DNA of 64,000 nt from a virus. The notes beneath the pieces are model-generated. The model was not told where the DNA came from and did no database searches. It saw only the letters and a list, made by a program, of their open reading frames with translations. A program made the translations under genes and the position numbers. The stretch spans positions 32,001 through 96,000 of IMG/VR virus record IMGVR_UViG_3300043409_001462. One strand, written 5' to 3'. Below, one piece after another: positions 21,201 through 29,450 of this stretch (position 1 is its first letter; each line of letters opens with the position of its first letter).

Positions 21201-21473
21201 TTTACTGGTGACAATACAACAGCAATATTTACGCTAACCAATTCAGTAGCAAATCAAAGGAACGTAATTGTTTCTATTAATGGTTTGCTGCAGGTTCCAG
21301 TAACTCATTATACTATTTCAGGAACAACATTAACATTCACTGATGCTCCTTATACTGGAGCTGTTATTGAAGCAAGAAGTATAGAAGGTGTTGCGCTTGT
21401 TAGTGGAGGTTCTGGTGGAACAATTTCTAGTGGTGATCTATTCATAGGTTCAATGCTCTTAGGCGGAATGTAA
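18222..21473 (+). CDS. long tail fibre with major-tropism-determinant N-terminal (Mtd_N/HylP-like) domain
   Basis: IQFRRGTAAQWASANTTLTQGELGLEIDTSYFKIGDG..AW..LGY is the classic Mtd_N signature; duplicated ~100-aa domain; C-terminal FTGD...SINGLLQVP..Y domain; ends MLLGGM. Confidence 0.8.
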   Translation: MAIQIQFRRGTAAQWASANTTLTQGELGLEIDTSYFKIGDGNTAWTNLGYAISQLANNATHANNSAYLGGLIATGYQTTAGLAANVVTLEANSATYLGGNTAATLRTYTDDRAANAYSNSVSYVETQISGKIANSITANSATAYTNAVNIAAADASAKVGGVISYVGVVIGTANTAMVANAEAAYTNSTIFASNATNINTGTLSETRLPYRMNQNVRTTDNVTFNDMAITGNLTVTGNTTIVGANNLVVKDSVISLHTQANLAAWTSNDGKLVGVAYHYYDTQDRQALLAMNPSNTFLTYYKTSTDAAIADPTGTDLGTIQADTFYAGNSTVYSTVNATVYSGTANNASYLNGNSAATLISLSSTSYTNAVSYTDTKIGLVNTAITANSSAAYSNAVLYVDNKLYVNSAQLSSNLSSYQTTAGLSANVATLTSNSASFIGTLPAVNVVSNSQLSSNLANYVTTTNLTNNLANYQTTAGLSSNVATLTSNSASFVGAVSAANVVSNAQLVANLANYATTTAATAYAATAYSNAVSYVDAKPYVNTSQLSSNLANYQTTAGLSANVATLTSNSTSFVGAVSAANVVSNTQLSSNLANYQTTAGLAANVATLTANNSSFIGAISAVNVVSNSQLSSNLSGYASLSGATFTGAVQISNNLTVSGNITFSGNSVSVGANSLVIQDAVISLHTNSSLGALSSNDGKLIGIEYHYYDTSDKHALLAINQSNAFLSYYKTATDAAIGDPTGILLGTIQADTFYAGNSTVYTTTNSTIYTGTSNNTLYVGTVSAANVVSNAQLAANLANFASSGSLSGYQTTAGLAANVATLTSNSTNFVGTVSAANVVSNSQLSSNLANYQTTAGLSANVATLASNNALYLGGVAAASYVNTTGSYSITGVHTYNANIVISTLAGISTNGTFGTSGQVLTTNGSVVYWAPTGAGSFTNGQSISVNNFVISGVITANSSNGTAGQVLTSNSTGVYWDAPAVSITAANATSQSFTGDNTTAIFTLTNSVANQRNVIVSINGLLQVPVTHYTISGTTLTFTDAPYTGAVIEARSIEGVALVSGGSGGTISSGDLFIGSMLLGGM
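19440..20830 (+). repeat. about 40-aa repeat QLSSNLANYQTTAGL[SA]ANVATLTSNS.SFVGAVSAANVVSN, about 6 copies in two blocks
   Basis: Visible in translation. Confidence 0.85.
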
Positions 21474-21482
21474 GAGGAAACA

Positions 21483-21809
21483 ATGGCAACAACATATAAA
21501 GTATTAGGTAATGTTAATCCAGCTTCAACAACAGCGACAACATTATATACAGTACCAGCAGCAACAAGTACAATTGTATCAACAATAAACGTTTGTAATC
21601 AAGGAGCAACTGGTTCTTTCAGAATAGCTATTAGACCAGCTGGAGCTACATTAGCAGCAAGTCATTACATTGCATATGATACACCAATCCCAGCTACTGA
21701 CTCAGTAGCATTAACAATGGGTATAACTCTAGCAACAACAGATGTTATAACTGTTTATGCTAGTTCAGCAACTATGTCATTTTTAGCATTTGGATCTGAG
21801 ATTACGTAA
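21483..21809 (+). CDS. small fibre adaptor protein
   Basis: YKVLG...TTLYTVPA...STINVCNQ...FRIAIRP...GITL...FGSEIT, a recurrent phage protein usually preceding Gly-rich tip proteins. Confidence 0.7.
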   Translation: MATTYKVLGNVNPASTTATTLYTVPAATSTIVSTINVCNQGATGSFRIAIRPAGATLAASHYIAYDTPIPATDSVALTMGITLATTDVITVYASSATMSFLAFGSEIT

Positions 21810-22891
21810 TGTCGATTAGAGTACTTTCACAAAGAAAACTCAGTAGTAATAGAATAAACACTACTAATGTTATTGCGCCTTACGCTGCAGAATACATAGT
21901 TGTAGCTGGTGGTGGAGGTGGTGGTGGAGCTGCTACGCCTGCTTGGTCTATAGGTAGTGGAGGCGGAGGCGCTGGTGGTTATCTTGCAAGCTCAGTTTTA
22001 CTAGTATCTGGAACAACATATAATTTTGTAATTGGTGGAGGAGGAGCTGGTCAAACTTATGTTCGTGGATCAAATGGGAGCAATACTACTGGATTTGGTG
22101 TAACTTCAATTGGTGGCGGTGGTGGTGGTACACAACAAATTTTTGCTGGTGCTGCAGGAGGCTCTGGTGGCGGTGGTGCAGCGGATCAAAATAATGTCGT
22201 TGGTTCTGGTGGCGCAGGAACAGCTGGTCAAGGCAGTAACGGTTCTGCAGGAGCTACTAACGCAGTTTACCAACAAGCCGCTGCATCTGGTGGTGGTGGT
22301 GGTGGAGCTGGTGCAGCCGCAACTAATCAAAATGGTGGCAATGGATTAGCCACTACTATAAGCGGTACAACAGCTTCTTTCACAGGATCAATATCAGGAA
22401 CATCATTGACTGTAAGTGCTGTTTCATACGGAACTATAAGAAGCGGCGCAGTTATAACAGGATCAAGTATACAATCTAATACAATTATAATGGGTCTTGT
22501 TGAAAATGGTGGCGTTGGAACTTACACTGTAAATGTTTCACAATTTACCTCATCAAATACTATCACAATATCACAACTTTATTATGCAGGTGGTGGCGGT
22601 GGTGGCAGTCGTGGTGGATATCCAGTTGGTACGGGTGGAGTAGGTGGAGCAGGAGACGGTAGATCTGGCGCAGCTGGTTACAGCGCTTTAGCCTACACAG
22701 GCGGTGGTGGAGGCGGATGTGGTGGAACGAATAATATAGCAGGTGGAAATGGAGGTTCTGGTGTAGTAATATTAGCAGTTCCAACAAGTTCATACACTGG
22801 AATAACTGGAGGTTCTCCAACAGCAAATAATACTGTCAGAGCTGGTTACACAATTTTAACATATACTGCATCTGGATCGTATACCGCATAA
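21809..22891 (+). CDS. glycine-rich (polyglycine-II sandwich) receptor-binding protein
   Basis: EYIVVAGGGGGG...GGGGAGG...GGSGGG...YAGGGGG...GGSGVVIL...YTASGSYTA. Confidence 0.75.
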   Translation: MSIRVLSQRKLSSNRINTTNVIAPYAAEYIVVAGGGGGGGAATPAWSIGSGGGGAGGYLASSVLLVSGTTYNFVIGGGGAGQTYVRGSNGSNTTGFGVTSIGGGGGGTQQIFAGAAGGSGGGGAADQNNVVGSGGAGTAGQGSNGSAGATNAVYQQAAASGGGGGGAGAAATNQNGGNGLATTISGTTASFTGSISGTSLTVSAVSYGTIRSGAVITGSSIQSNTIIMGLVENGGVGTYTVNVSQFTSSNTITISQLYYAGGGGGGSRGGYPVGTGGVGGAGDGRSGAAGYSALAYTGGGGGGCGGTNNIAGGNGGSGVVILAVPTSSYTGITGGSPTANNTVRAGYTILTYTASGSYTA

Positions 22892-22892
22892 C

Positions 22893-22900
22893 AATAAATA
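22893..22900 (+). promoter_or_regulatory. late promoter variant AATAAATA
   Basis: Intergenic, before the ATG at 22925. Confidence 0.5.
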
Positions 22901-22924
22901 AACAGTAACTAATTGGAATTTTAA

Positions 22925-25900
22925 ATGGCTGTTCAAAAGATACTTTCGCAACAAATAGCTAACACTGGTGGTACAGCAGGGCAGGTTCTTGTTGCCAACT
23001 CTACTGGTGTTACTTGGGGTGATGCTAATAACGCAACAAACCTCGGTGGTGTTGCGGCTGCTTCTTACGTTAACACAGCTGGCGCGTATACCAGAACAGG
23101 TGTTACTACATTTAATGCAAATGCAGTTATTGGGCCAACTGGCGAGTTAGTATTCGACGCTAATTCTGGTATCTATGCCAATGGATCACTTGGTACGGCT
23201 GGCCAGGTATTAACTTCTAATGCAACAACTATATATTGGGCTAACTCTTCTGGCGGTGGCGGTGGGTTTACCAATGGTCAGTCAATTTCAGTTAATAACT
23301 TTGTGGTGTCTGGTTCATTTACTGCTAACGGGTCAGTTGGTGCGTCTGGTCAAACATTATTATCAACTGGTACTGGTGTACAGTGGGGTACAAATTCGCC
23401 TGCGTATAATTATAGCACACAGCTTAACGGCGCTGCTCATTTTTTCACTTTTCCTTCTAATGCAGCATTTGGTTTCGGTACAGGTGATTTTACAATTGAA
23501 TGTTGGATATATCCAATAATACTGAGTGCTGGAAGTCAACCTCTTATAGATTTTCGAAATGCTAACTCAGGTGCTTATCCAACCCTATTCATAAACGGTT
23601 CAACTGTTAGTTATTACGTAAACAGCGCCACTAGAATATCTGCAGGAAGTACAATATCAAATAACAATTGGTATCACTTAGCACTTGTAAGAATAAGCGG
23701 TTCGACTAAATTATACATCAATGGTGTACAATCGGGAAGTACTTACGCTGATACTACGAATTACCTTACATCTCCCATAACCATTGGTAATTTTAATGAT
23801 GGTGTAGGTGGCTCATATACAAATGGATTAATTACAAATGCTCGTGTTGTAAAAGGAACTGGCGTTTATACAGGAGCATTTACAGTTCCAACAAGTCCAT
23901 TATCAGCAATATCTGGAACATCGCTTTTAACTTGTAATTCTATTACTCCGAGTGATTCATCATCATATAATTTTGCACCAATTAATAATGGTCTTGCTGT
24001 TGGTACAGCTACTCAATCACCATTCACCTCCACCACAGTATCAATACCAACCAGTTCACTTACTGCAGTAAACCAACAATTCACTGGCGACGGATCAACA
24101 ACTACATTCTCTGTTGCTGGTGGTTATACTCCAAATGCTATTGCTGTTTATTATAATGGTTTGAAACTTCGTAATGGTTCAGACGTTACTGTTACTAATG
24201 GTTCAACTGTTGTGTTTGCTATTGCGCCTCAAATTGGTGCAATGCTTGACGTGGTGGCATCTGTTCCAACAACTTATAGTTCGATTACTCCTGTTGGATA
24301 CAGCGTATTGTTTAACGGAACAAATCAGTATTTTACTATACCAAACAATACTGCATTTACTATGGGAACTAGTGATTTTACAATTGAATATTGGGCTTAT
24401 ATTACATCAGGTAGTAGAGATTCTAGTGTATATGCTAAAGGAGCTACTAGTGCAATATATAGATTAACTACTGGGTTTAACACATCTAATCAAGTTACGG
24501 CTGGTATACCAAATGCTGCTGGTAATGGATGGACACAACTACTTGTCGGTTCTGCTGTTTCAGTTAATAAATGGGTTCATGTAGCTTTAGTAAGGTCAGC
24601 TGGAACAGCAACTCTTTATTTAAATGGCATTGCTGTAGCTTCTGGTGCTGCTAGTAACTCTTTATATGATGATGGAACTGCTCTTGCTATAGGTACTACT
24701 GGTTCTGTAACTCCTGCTTCCTATTTTGCTGGCTATATTTCAAATTTACGTGTCGTTAAAGGCGTTGCAGTTTATACAGGATCATTCTTACCAACTGGCC
24801 CATTAGCTGCTGTTCAATTAGCAACATCAACTCAATCGGCAATCACTGGCACACAAACATCACTACTTACTTGTAACGGACCAACGATTATTGATGGTTC
24901 AACTAATGCGTTCACAATAACTAATAATGGAACTGCAACTGTATCAACTGCTATTGTTCCCACATTTACTAATGTGACGGTTACTAATACTAGTAACACA
25001 GCTGGAGGTTTTTCTTGGCAGTCTGTTCAATCAACTAATTTTACTGCTGTTGCTGGTTATGCTTATCCAGTCAATACTACAGCTGGTTCAATTACAGTAA
25101 CATTACCCGCAAGTCCATCCCCAGGTAACATTGTACAAATAACAGACTATGCTGGCACATTTGGAACATATCCAGTTACCGCTGTTAGAAATGGATCGCT
25201 TATAACTGGATTAACTATAAATGCCACTTTAGGATCATCTCGTGGAAGTTATTCTTTTGTTTATATAGATTCTACTCAAGGCTGGATAACTTATTCTGTT
25301 TCTGTAACAAATATATTTCAACCGTATGCGGCAACATATTTAATGGTCGCGGGCGGAGGTGGAGGTTCTGGTGGCTCAACAGGCGCATGGGAAGGCGGTG
25401 GTGGTGGTGCTGGTGGATTATTAACTGGAAGTACAAACCTATCGCCTGGAACAACTTACAGTTTTGTTGTTGGTGGTGGTGGACCAGGAGGTGCTGGCGG
25501 TTCGAGTGCTGGTACTTCTGGTTCAAACTCTACTGGATTTACATTATCAGCAATTGGTGGTGGAAATGGAAGAGGATCAGTAGGTGCTGGTGGAGCTGGC
25601 GGTTCTGGTGGCGGAACTTGGAATGGTGCGGGTGGCGCTGGAACAGTTGGTCAAGGTAATGCTGGAGCTTCAGGAAATGCAACTAATGCTGCTGGTGGTG
25701 GTGGTGGCGCTGGTGCTGTTGGTGGTCTATCAAATGGTGGTGTTGGTGCAGCATCATCAATTACTGGTTCAGCAGTAACATATGCTGGCGGTGGCGGTGG
25801 TAGTCAAGGCGGCGTTGGAGGAGCTGGTGGTGGTGGCAACGCCTTCAACCCTGGCACAGCTAATCTTGGTGGTGGTGGAGGAGGAGGTAGCTCTAGTATG

Positions 25901-26050
25901 GGCGCAGGTGGCACTGGTGGTTCTGGCGTTGTGATTATTTCTATACCGACAGCAAACTATACAGCAGCTACAACTGGTTCACCAATAGTAACAACAAATG
26001 GTTCAAACACCATCATTAAATTCACAGCATCTGGTTCTTATACGGCTTAA
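22925..26050 (+). CDS. receptor-binding fibre: 2 LamG/ConA-like domains, FTGDG beta-sandwich, gp34/gp10-like TLPASP domain, C-terminal Gly-rich domain
   Basis: GDFTIECWIY...WYHLALVR...LYING...GYISNLRVVKG motifs twice; VNTTAGSITVTLPASP..G..V.I.DYAG; Gly-rich tail. Confidence 0.8.
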   Translation: MAVQKILSQQIANTGGTAGQVLVANSTGVTWGDANNATNLGGVAAASYVNTAGAYTRTGVTTFNANAVIGPTGELVFDANSGIYANGSLGTAGQVLTSNATTIYWANSSGGGGGFTNGQSISVNNFVVSGSFTANGSVGASGQTLLSTGTGVQWGTNSPAYNYSTQLNGAAHFFTFPSNAAFGFGTGDFTIECWIYPIILSAGSQPLIDFRNANSGAYPTLFINGSTVSYYVNSATRISAGSTISNNNWYHLALVRISGSTKLYINGVQSGSTYADTTNYLTSPITIGNFNDGVGGSYTNGLITNARVVKGTGVYTGAFTVPTSPLSAISGTSLLTCNSITPSDSSSYNFAPINNGLAVGTATQSPFTSTTVSIPTSSLTAVNQQFTGDGSTTTFSVAGGYTPNAIAVYYNGLKLRNGSDVTVTNGSTVVFAIAPQIGAMLDVVASVPTTYSSITPVGYSVLFNGTNQYFTIPNNTAFTMGTSDFTIEYWAYITSGSRDSSVYAKGATSAIYRLTTGFNTSNQVTAGIPNAAGNGWTQLLVGSAVSVNKWVHVALVRSAGTATLYLNGIAVASGAASNSLYDDGTALAIGTTGSVTPASYFAGYISNLRVVKGVAVYTGSFLPTGPLAAVQLATSTQSAITGTQTSLLTCNGPTIIDGSTNAFTITNNGTATVSTAIVPTFTNVTVTNTSNTAGGFSWQSVQSTNFTAVAGYAYPVNTTAGSITVTLPASPSPGNIVQITDYAGTFGTYPVTAVRNGSLITGLTINATLGSSRGSYSFVYIDSTQGWITYSVSVTNIFQPYAATYLMVAGGGGGSGGSTGAWEGGGGGAGGLLTGSTNLSPGTTYSFVVGGGGPGGAGGSSAGTSGSNSTGFTLSAIGGGNGRGSVGAGGAGGSGGGTWNGAGGAGTVGQGNAGASGNATNAAGGGGGAGAVGGLSNGGVGAASSITGSAVTYAGGGGGSQGGVGGAGGGGNAFNPGTANLGGGGGGGSSSMGAGGTGGSGVVIISIPTANYTAATTGSPIVTTNGSNTIIKFTASGSYTA

Positions 26051-26059
26051 AGGTAAACA

Positions 26060-26536
26060 ATGACACAGATTCAACAATTAGGTTTTCTTGCTAATAATTT
26101 GACTGTAAATACAGCGGCCAATACAGCTACGATCACGAATGCATTGGTTGTTGGTAATAGTTCTGTTAATGTTGTTATTAATTCTTCTTCTGTTTATGTC
26201 AGTGGTGCTGCTCTTGGTGGTTCAACTAATGTCGCCGCTCAATATGCATGGACTAATACACATACATTTGGCGCCAATTTAACCATATCAAATACTTCTG
26301 AATTGATTTTAAGTACCAATGCTGGTATCTATGCTAATGGCTCGTTGGGCACAGCTGGTCAGTTATTAACATCCAATGGCACAACTGTTTATTGGTCTAC
26401 TGTTGCTGGTGGTGGGTTTACCAATGGTCAGTCTATTATGGTGTCTAATGTTGCTTTTTCAAATACATCAAACACAGCATCAGCTTATACATTCTATAAC
26501 ACATCAACAGCAAGTCTTGATACGGTATTTGTTTAA
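26060..26536 (+). CDS. short fibre linker/adaptor
   Basis: YAWTNTHTF and ANGSLGTAGQLLTSNG..VYW motifs shared with neighbours; ends YTFYNTSTASLDTVFV; coupled to the next gene. Confidence 0.65.
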   Translation: MTQIQQLGFLANNLTVNTAANTATITNALVVGNSSVNVVINSSSVYVSGAALGGSTNVAAQYAWTNTHTFGANLTISNTSELILSTNAGIYANGSLGTAGQLLTSNGTTVYWSTVAGGGFTNGQSIMVSNVAFSNTSNTASAYTFYNTSTASLDTVFV

Positions 26537-29421
26537 TGGCATTAACTTCTAGATTAACATCAGCTGGCGACTTTTTAGTTACAAACCAGTTTGACGAATA
26601 TACATTACCAAGTAGTTCATATGCTACAGTATTCAGTGGTAGCCAATATCTTTCAACGCCAAACAGTAATGCTTTTGCTTTAACTGGCAATTTTACTATT
26701 GAATGTTGGGCATATTTTAATAATTTTAGTGATTACAGAACAGTTATAGGTATGTATGCATATGGTGCCTATTCAGGAGAATGGATTTTTCAACATATAA
26801 CAGGTACTAGTAAGATGGGGTTTTACCTAACTACAATAGGTAGTATAACATCAGGTCCAACAACCCTTAGTACAAATACCTGGTATCATATTGCTATGGT
26901 AAGATCAGGCACTACAATTACAGCATATATTAATGGTGTTTCTCAAGGAACATTAACATCTTCTGCTACAATAGGATATAATAACGGACCTCTTTATATT
27001 GGAGCGCCTCAAAATATTGGTTCTGCTAGAATGAACGGATTTATATCTAATGTTCGTATAGTTAATGGTACAGCATTATATACTTCAGCTTTTACGCCTC
27101 CAATATCACCGTTAACTGCCATCACAAACACTTCATTTCTTACCTGTCAAAATCCAACAATCATTGATAATTCAACTAATGCATTAACTATAACAAACAA
27201 TGGTACAGCAACAACAACCAATGTTCCATCTACATTCTATAGTGGTTTGTTTAACGGTAGTTCTCAATACTTAACTGGGGGTGGAGGCAGCACATCTCTT
27301 TATCTTGATGGCGCTTTTACTATAGAATTTTGGATAAATGGAAGCGGTGGTGGTTTTTATAGATATATGTTTTCAAAGTTAGCTGCATATACAGCAACGA
27401 ACAATGTAAGTTTAGCTTTTAGAAACGGAAATGGTACTGCTTTCGCAATCTTTAGAGGCGGGGCTGGTGGAAGTGCGGTAGTATTTTCTGGAGGAACCGT
27501 AACAGATGGTGTTTGGTATCATATTGCTATTGTTCGTAATTCAGCCAGTAGTTTGTATAAAGTTTTCATTAATGGTGTAGGATATAATTGGGCGATAAAT
27601 GATAATGGCGTGTTTGATTACAGCACTTTTACTATAATGGGCAATCCAAACGATGGCGGTTCTTCTCTTGCTCAAACAGCAACTGGTGGATATCTATCCA
27701 ATCTTAGAGTTGTTAAAGGAACTGCATTATACACCACTAACTTTACTCCACCAACAAGACAACTAACAGCTGTGGCTGGTACATCATTATTAACGTTACA
27801 ATCGCCGACTATAATTGATAAATCTAATACACCATTAACTATAACTAATAATGGAACTGCAGTTGTAAAAAATCCAATATCATGGAATACAGTAAAAAGA
27901 GAATTTTCTGATGGAACATTCCAAACATTTAACGATATTGATGAGTATACATTACCAAATAGTGTATATGCCACACAATTTAATGGTAGCTCTCAGTACT
28001 TGAGTTTAGCATCTAATGCAGCATTTCAACCAGGTTCAGGCAGTTTTAGTATTGAAGCTTGGATATATCCATTAAATACGTCTCAAGGGTGTATAGCTTT
28101 TTTTGGCGGAACAACCTCTTATTGGGGCATACGTTTTGAAAGAAACTCTGGCGGCGGATTACAAGTTCTATTAACAACAGATGCTGCTTCTTGGCAAATT
28201 AATTATACTGCAGGAAGCGTAACAAATAATGTTTGGAGTCATGTAGCTCTAGTAAAAAATGGAACCTCTGTTTTAATATTTCTTAATGGTGTGCAAGTAG
28301 GTACAACTCAAACAATATCTGGTTCGGTTTACACAGGTGGAACTTTGAATCAAATTGGTGTTTGTTATAATGTTAATTATTTTAATGGTTATATTTCTAA
28401 TTTTAGATTTGTTAAAGGTACAGCATTATACACAGCAGCATTTACTCCATCAATAGCGCCATTAACTGCTATTACAAATACATCTTTATTAACTTGTCAA
28501 AATCCAACGATCATTGATAACTCAACAAATGCATTTACTATAACCAATAATGGTTCAGCAACAACCTCTAAAGTAACAACAGGTGCTAGTTTTATACAAA
28601 CAAAAAGTAGATTGTTTAGTGATGGAGTTTTGCAGGTTGCTAATAGTTTTGATGAATACTCAATATCAGTATTGAACGTTGATTACCTTGTTGCAGCTGG
28701 TGGCGGTGGTGGTGCTGGTTATGGGTTGAATGTTGGTGGTGCTGGTGGTGGTGCTGGTGGCTTACTAACAGGTTCCTCTGTACTAGCAAGATCAGTATTA
28801 TATACTGTTGTTATTGGTAGCGGTGGTGCTACTGGCGGAAATAATGCTAGTGGTGGAAATGGTTCGGATAGTTCGTTTACTGGAACTGGTATATCTGTCA
28901 CATCGAAGGGTGGTGGTAAGGGTGGATTCTGGAATAACGAAGCTGGTAACGGTGGTTCTGGTGGTGGTTCAACTGGCGGTGCAGGTACAGTTGCTGGTAA
29001 AGGTGTTTATCCTGGATCAACTTATCTTGATGCACCAAGACAAGGTTATGATGGTGCACTTGGTAGCGGCAACTTAGGTTATACAGCTAGTACTGGTGGT
29101 GGTGGCGGTGGTGCTGGAGGTGCAGGATCAGGATCAACAGGCGGTACAGGTGTTGCTAGTTCTATTACAGGAACCAGTGTCACATATTGCGCTGGTGGTT
29201 CTGGTGGATCGTATAGTTCAGCATCTCCTGGATCAGCCGCTCTTGGTTGTGGTGGTAGAGGTGCTTACAGTAATTTCAGTGAATTGGGTGGTTCTGGTGT
29301 TGTTATTATTCGTTTCCCAGAAGCATTCCCACCAACATCTACAACTGGCTCACCAACTGTTACTAATACTGGTGGATATAAGATTTACCAGTGGACTTCA
29401 TCTGGCTCTATTACTTTCTAA
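26536..29421 (+). CDS. receptor-binding protein: 3 LamG/ConA-like domains plus C-terminal Gly-rich domain
   Basis: Three F[TS]IE.W...W.H[IV]A.V[RK]...GY[IL]SN.R.V.GTALYT units; Gly-rich tail ending WTSSGSITF. Confidence 0.8.
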   Translation: MALTSRLTSAGDFLVTNQFDEYTLPSSSYATVFSGSQYLSTPNSNAFALTGNFTIECWAYFNNFSDYRTVIGMYAYGAYSGEWIFQHITGTSKMGFYLTTIGSITSGPTTLSTNTWYHIAMVRSGTTITAYINGVSQGTLTSSATIGYNNGPLYIGAPQNIGSARMNGFISNVRIVNGTALYTSAFTPPISPLTAITNTSFLTCQNPTIIDNSTNALTITNNGTATTTNVPSTFYSGLFNGSSQYLTGGGGSTSLYLDGAFTIEFWINGSGGGFYRYMFSKLAAYTATNNVSLAFRNGNGTAFAIFRGGAGGSAVVFSGGTVTDGVWYHIAIVRNSASSLYKVFINGVGYNWAINDNGVFDYSTFTIMGNPNDGGSSLAQTATGGYLSNLRVVKGTALYTTNFTPPTRQLTAVAGTSLLTLQSPTIIDKSNTPLTITNNGTAVVKNPISWNTVKREFSDGTFQTFNDIDEYTLPNSVYATQFNGSSQYLSLASNAAFQPGSGSFSIEAWIYPLNTSQGCIAFFGGTTSYWGIRFERNSGGGLQVLLTTDAASWQINYTAGSVTNNVWSHVALVKNGTSVLIFLNGVQVGTTQTISGSVYTGGTLNQIGVCYNVNYFNGYISNFRFVKGTALYTAAFTPSIAPLTAITNTSLLTCQNPTIIDNSTNAFTITNNGSATTSKVTTGASFIQTKSRLFSDGVLQVANSFDEYSISVLNVDYLVAAGGGGGAGYGLNVGGAGGGAGGLLTGSSVLARSVLYTVVIGSGGATGGNNASGGNGSDSSFTGTGISVTSKGGGKGGFWNNEAGNGGSGGGSTGGAGTVAGKGVYPGSTYLDAPRQGYDGALGSGNLGYTASTGGGGGGAGGAGSGSTGGTGVASSITGTSVTYCAGGSGGSYSSASPGSAALGCGGRGAYSNFSELGGSGVVIIRFPEAFPPTSTTGSPTVTNTGGYKIYQWTSSGSITF

Positions 29422-29427
29422 TAAATA
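29420..29427 (+). promoter_or_regulatory. late promoter variant AATAAATA
   Basis: Overlaps the stop of ORF 26536, before the ATG at 29451. Confidence 0.45.
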
Positions 29428-29450
29428 AGTAAAATAACAGGTAACAATCG

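Noticed and set aside
18222-21473. Diversity-generating retroelement, suggested by the Mtd_N domain
   Set aside because: No reverse transcriptase, no C-type lectin variable region and no TR/VR pair differing only at adenines is visible; only the N-terminal anchor domain is shared with Mtd
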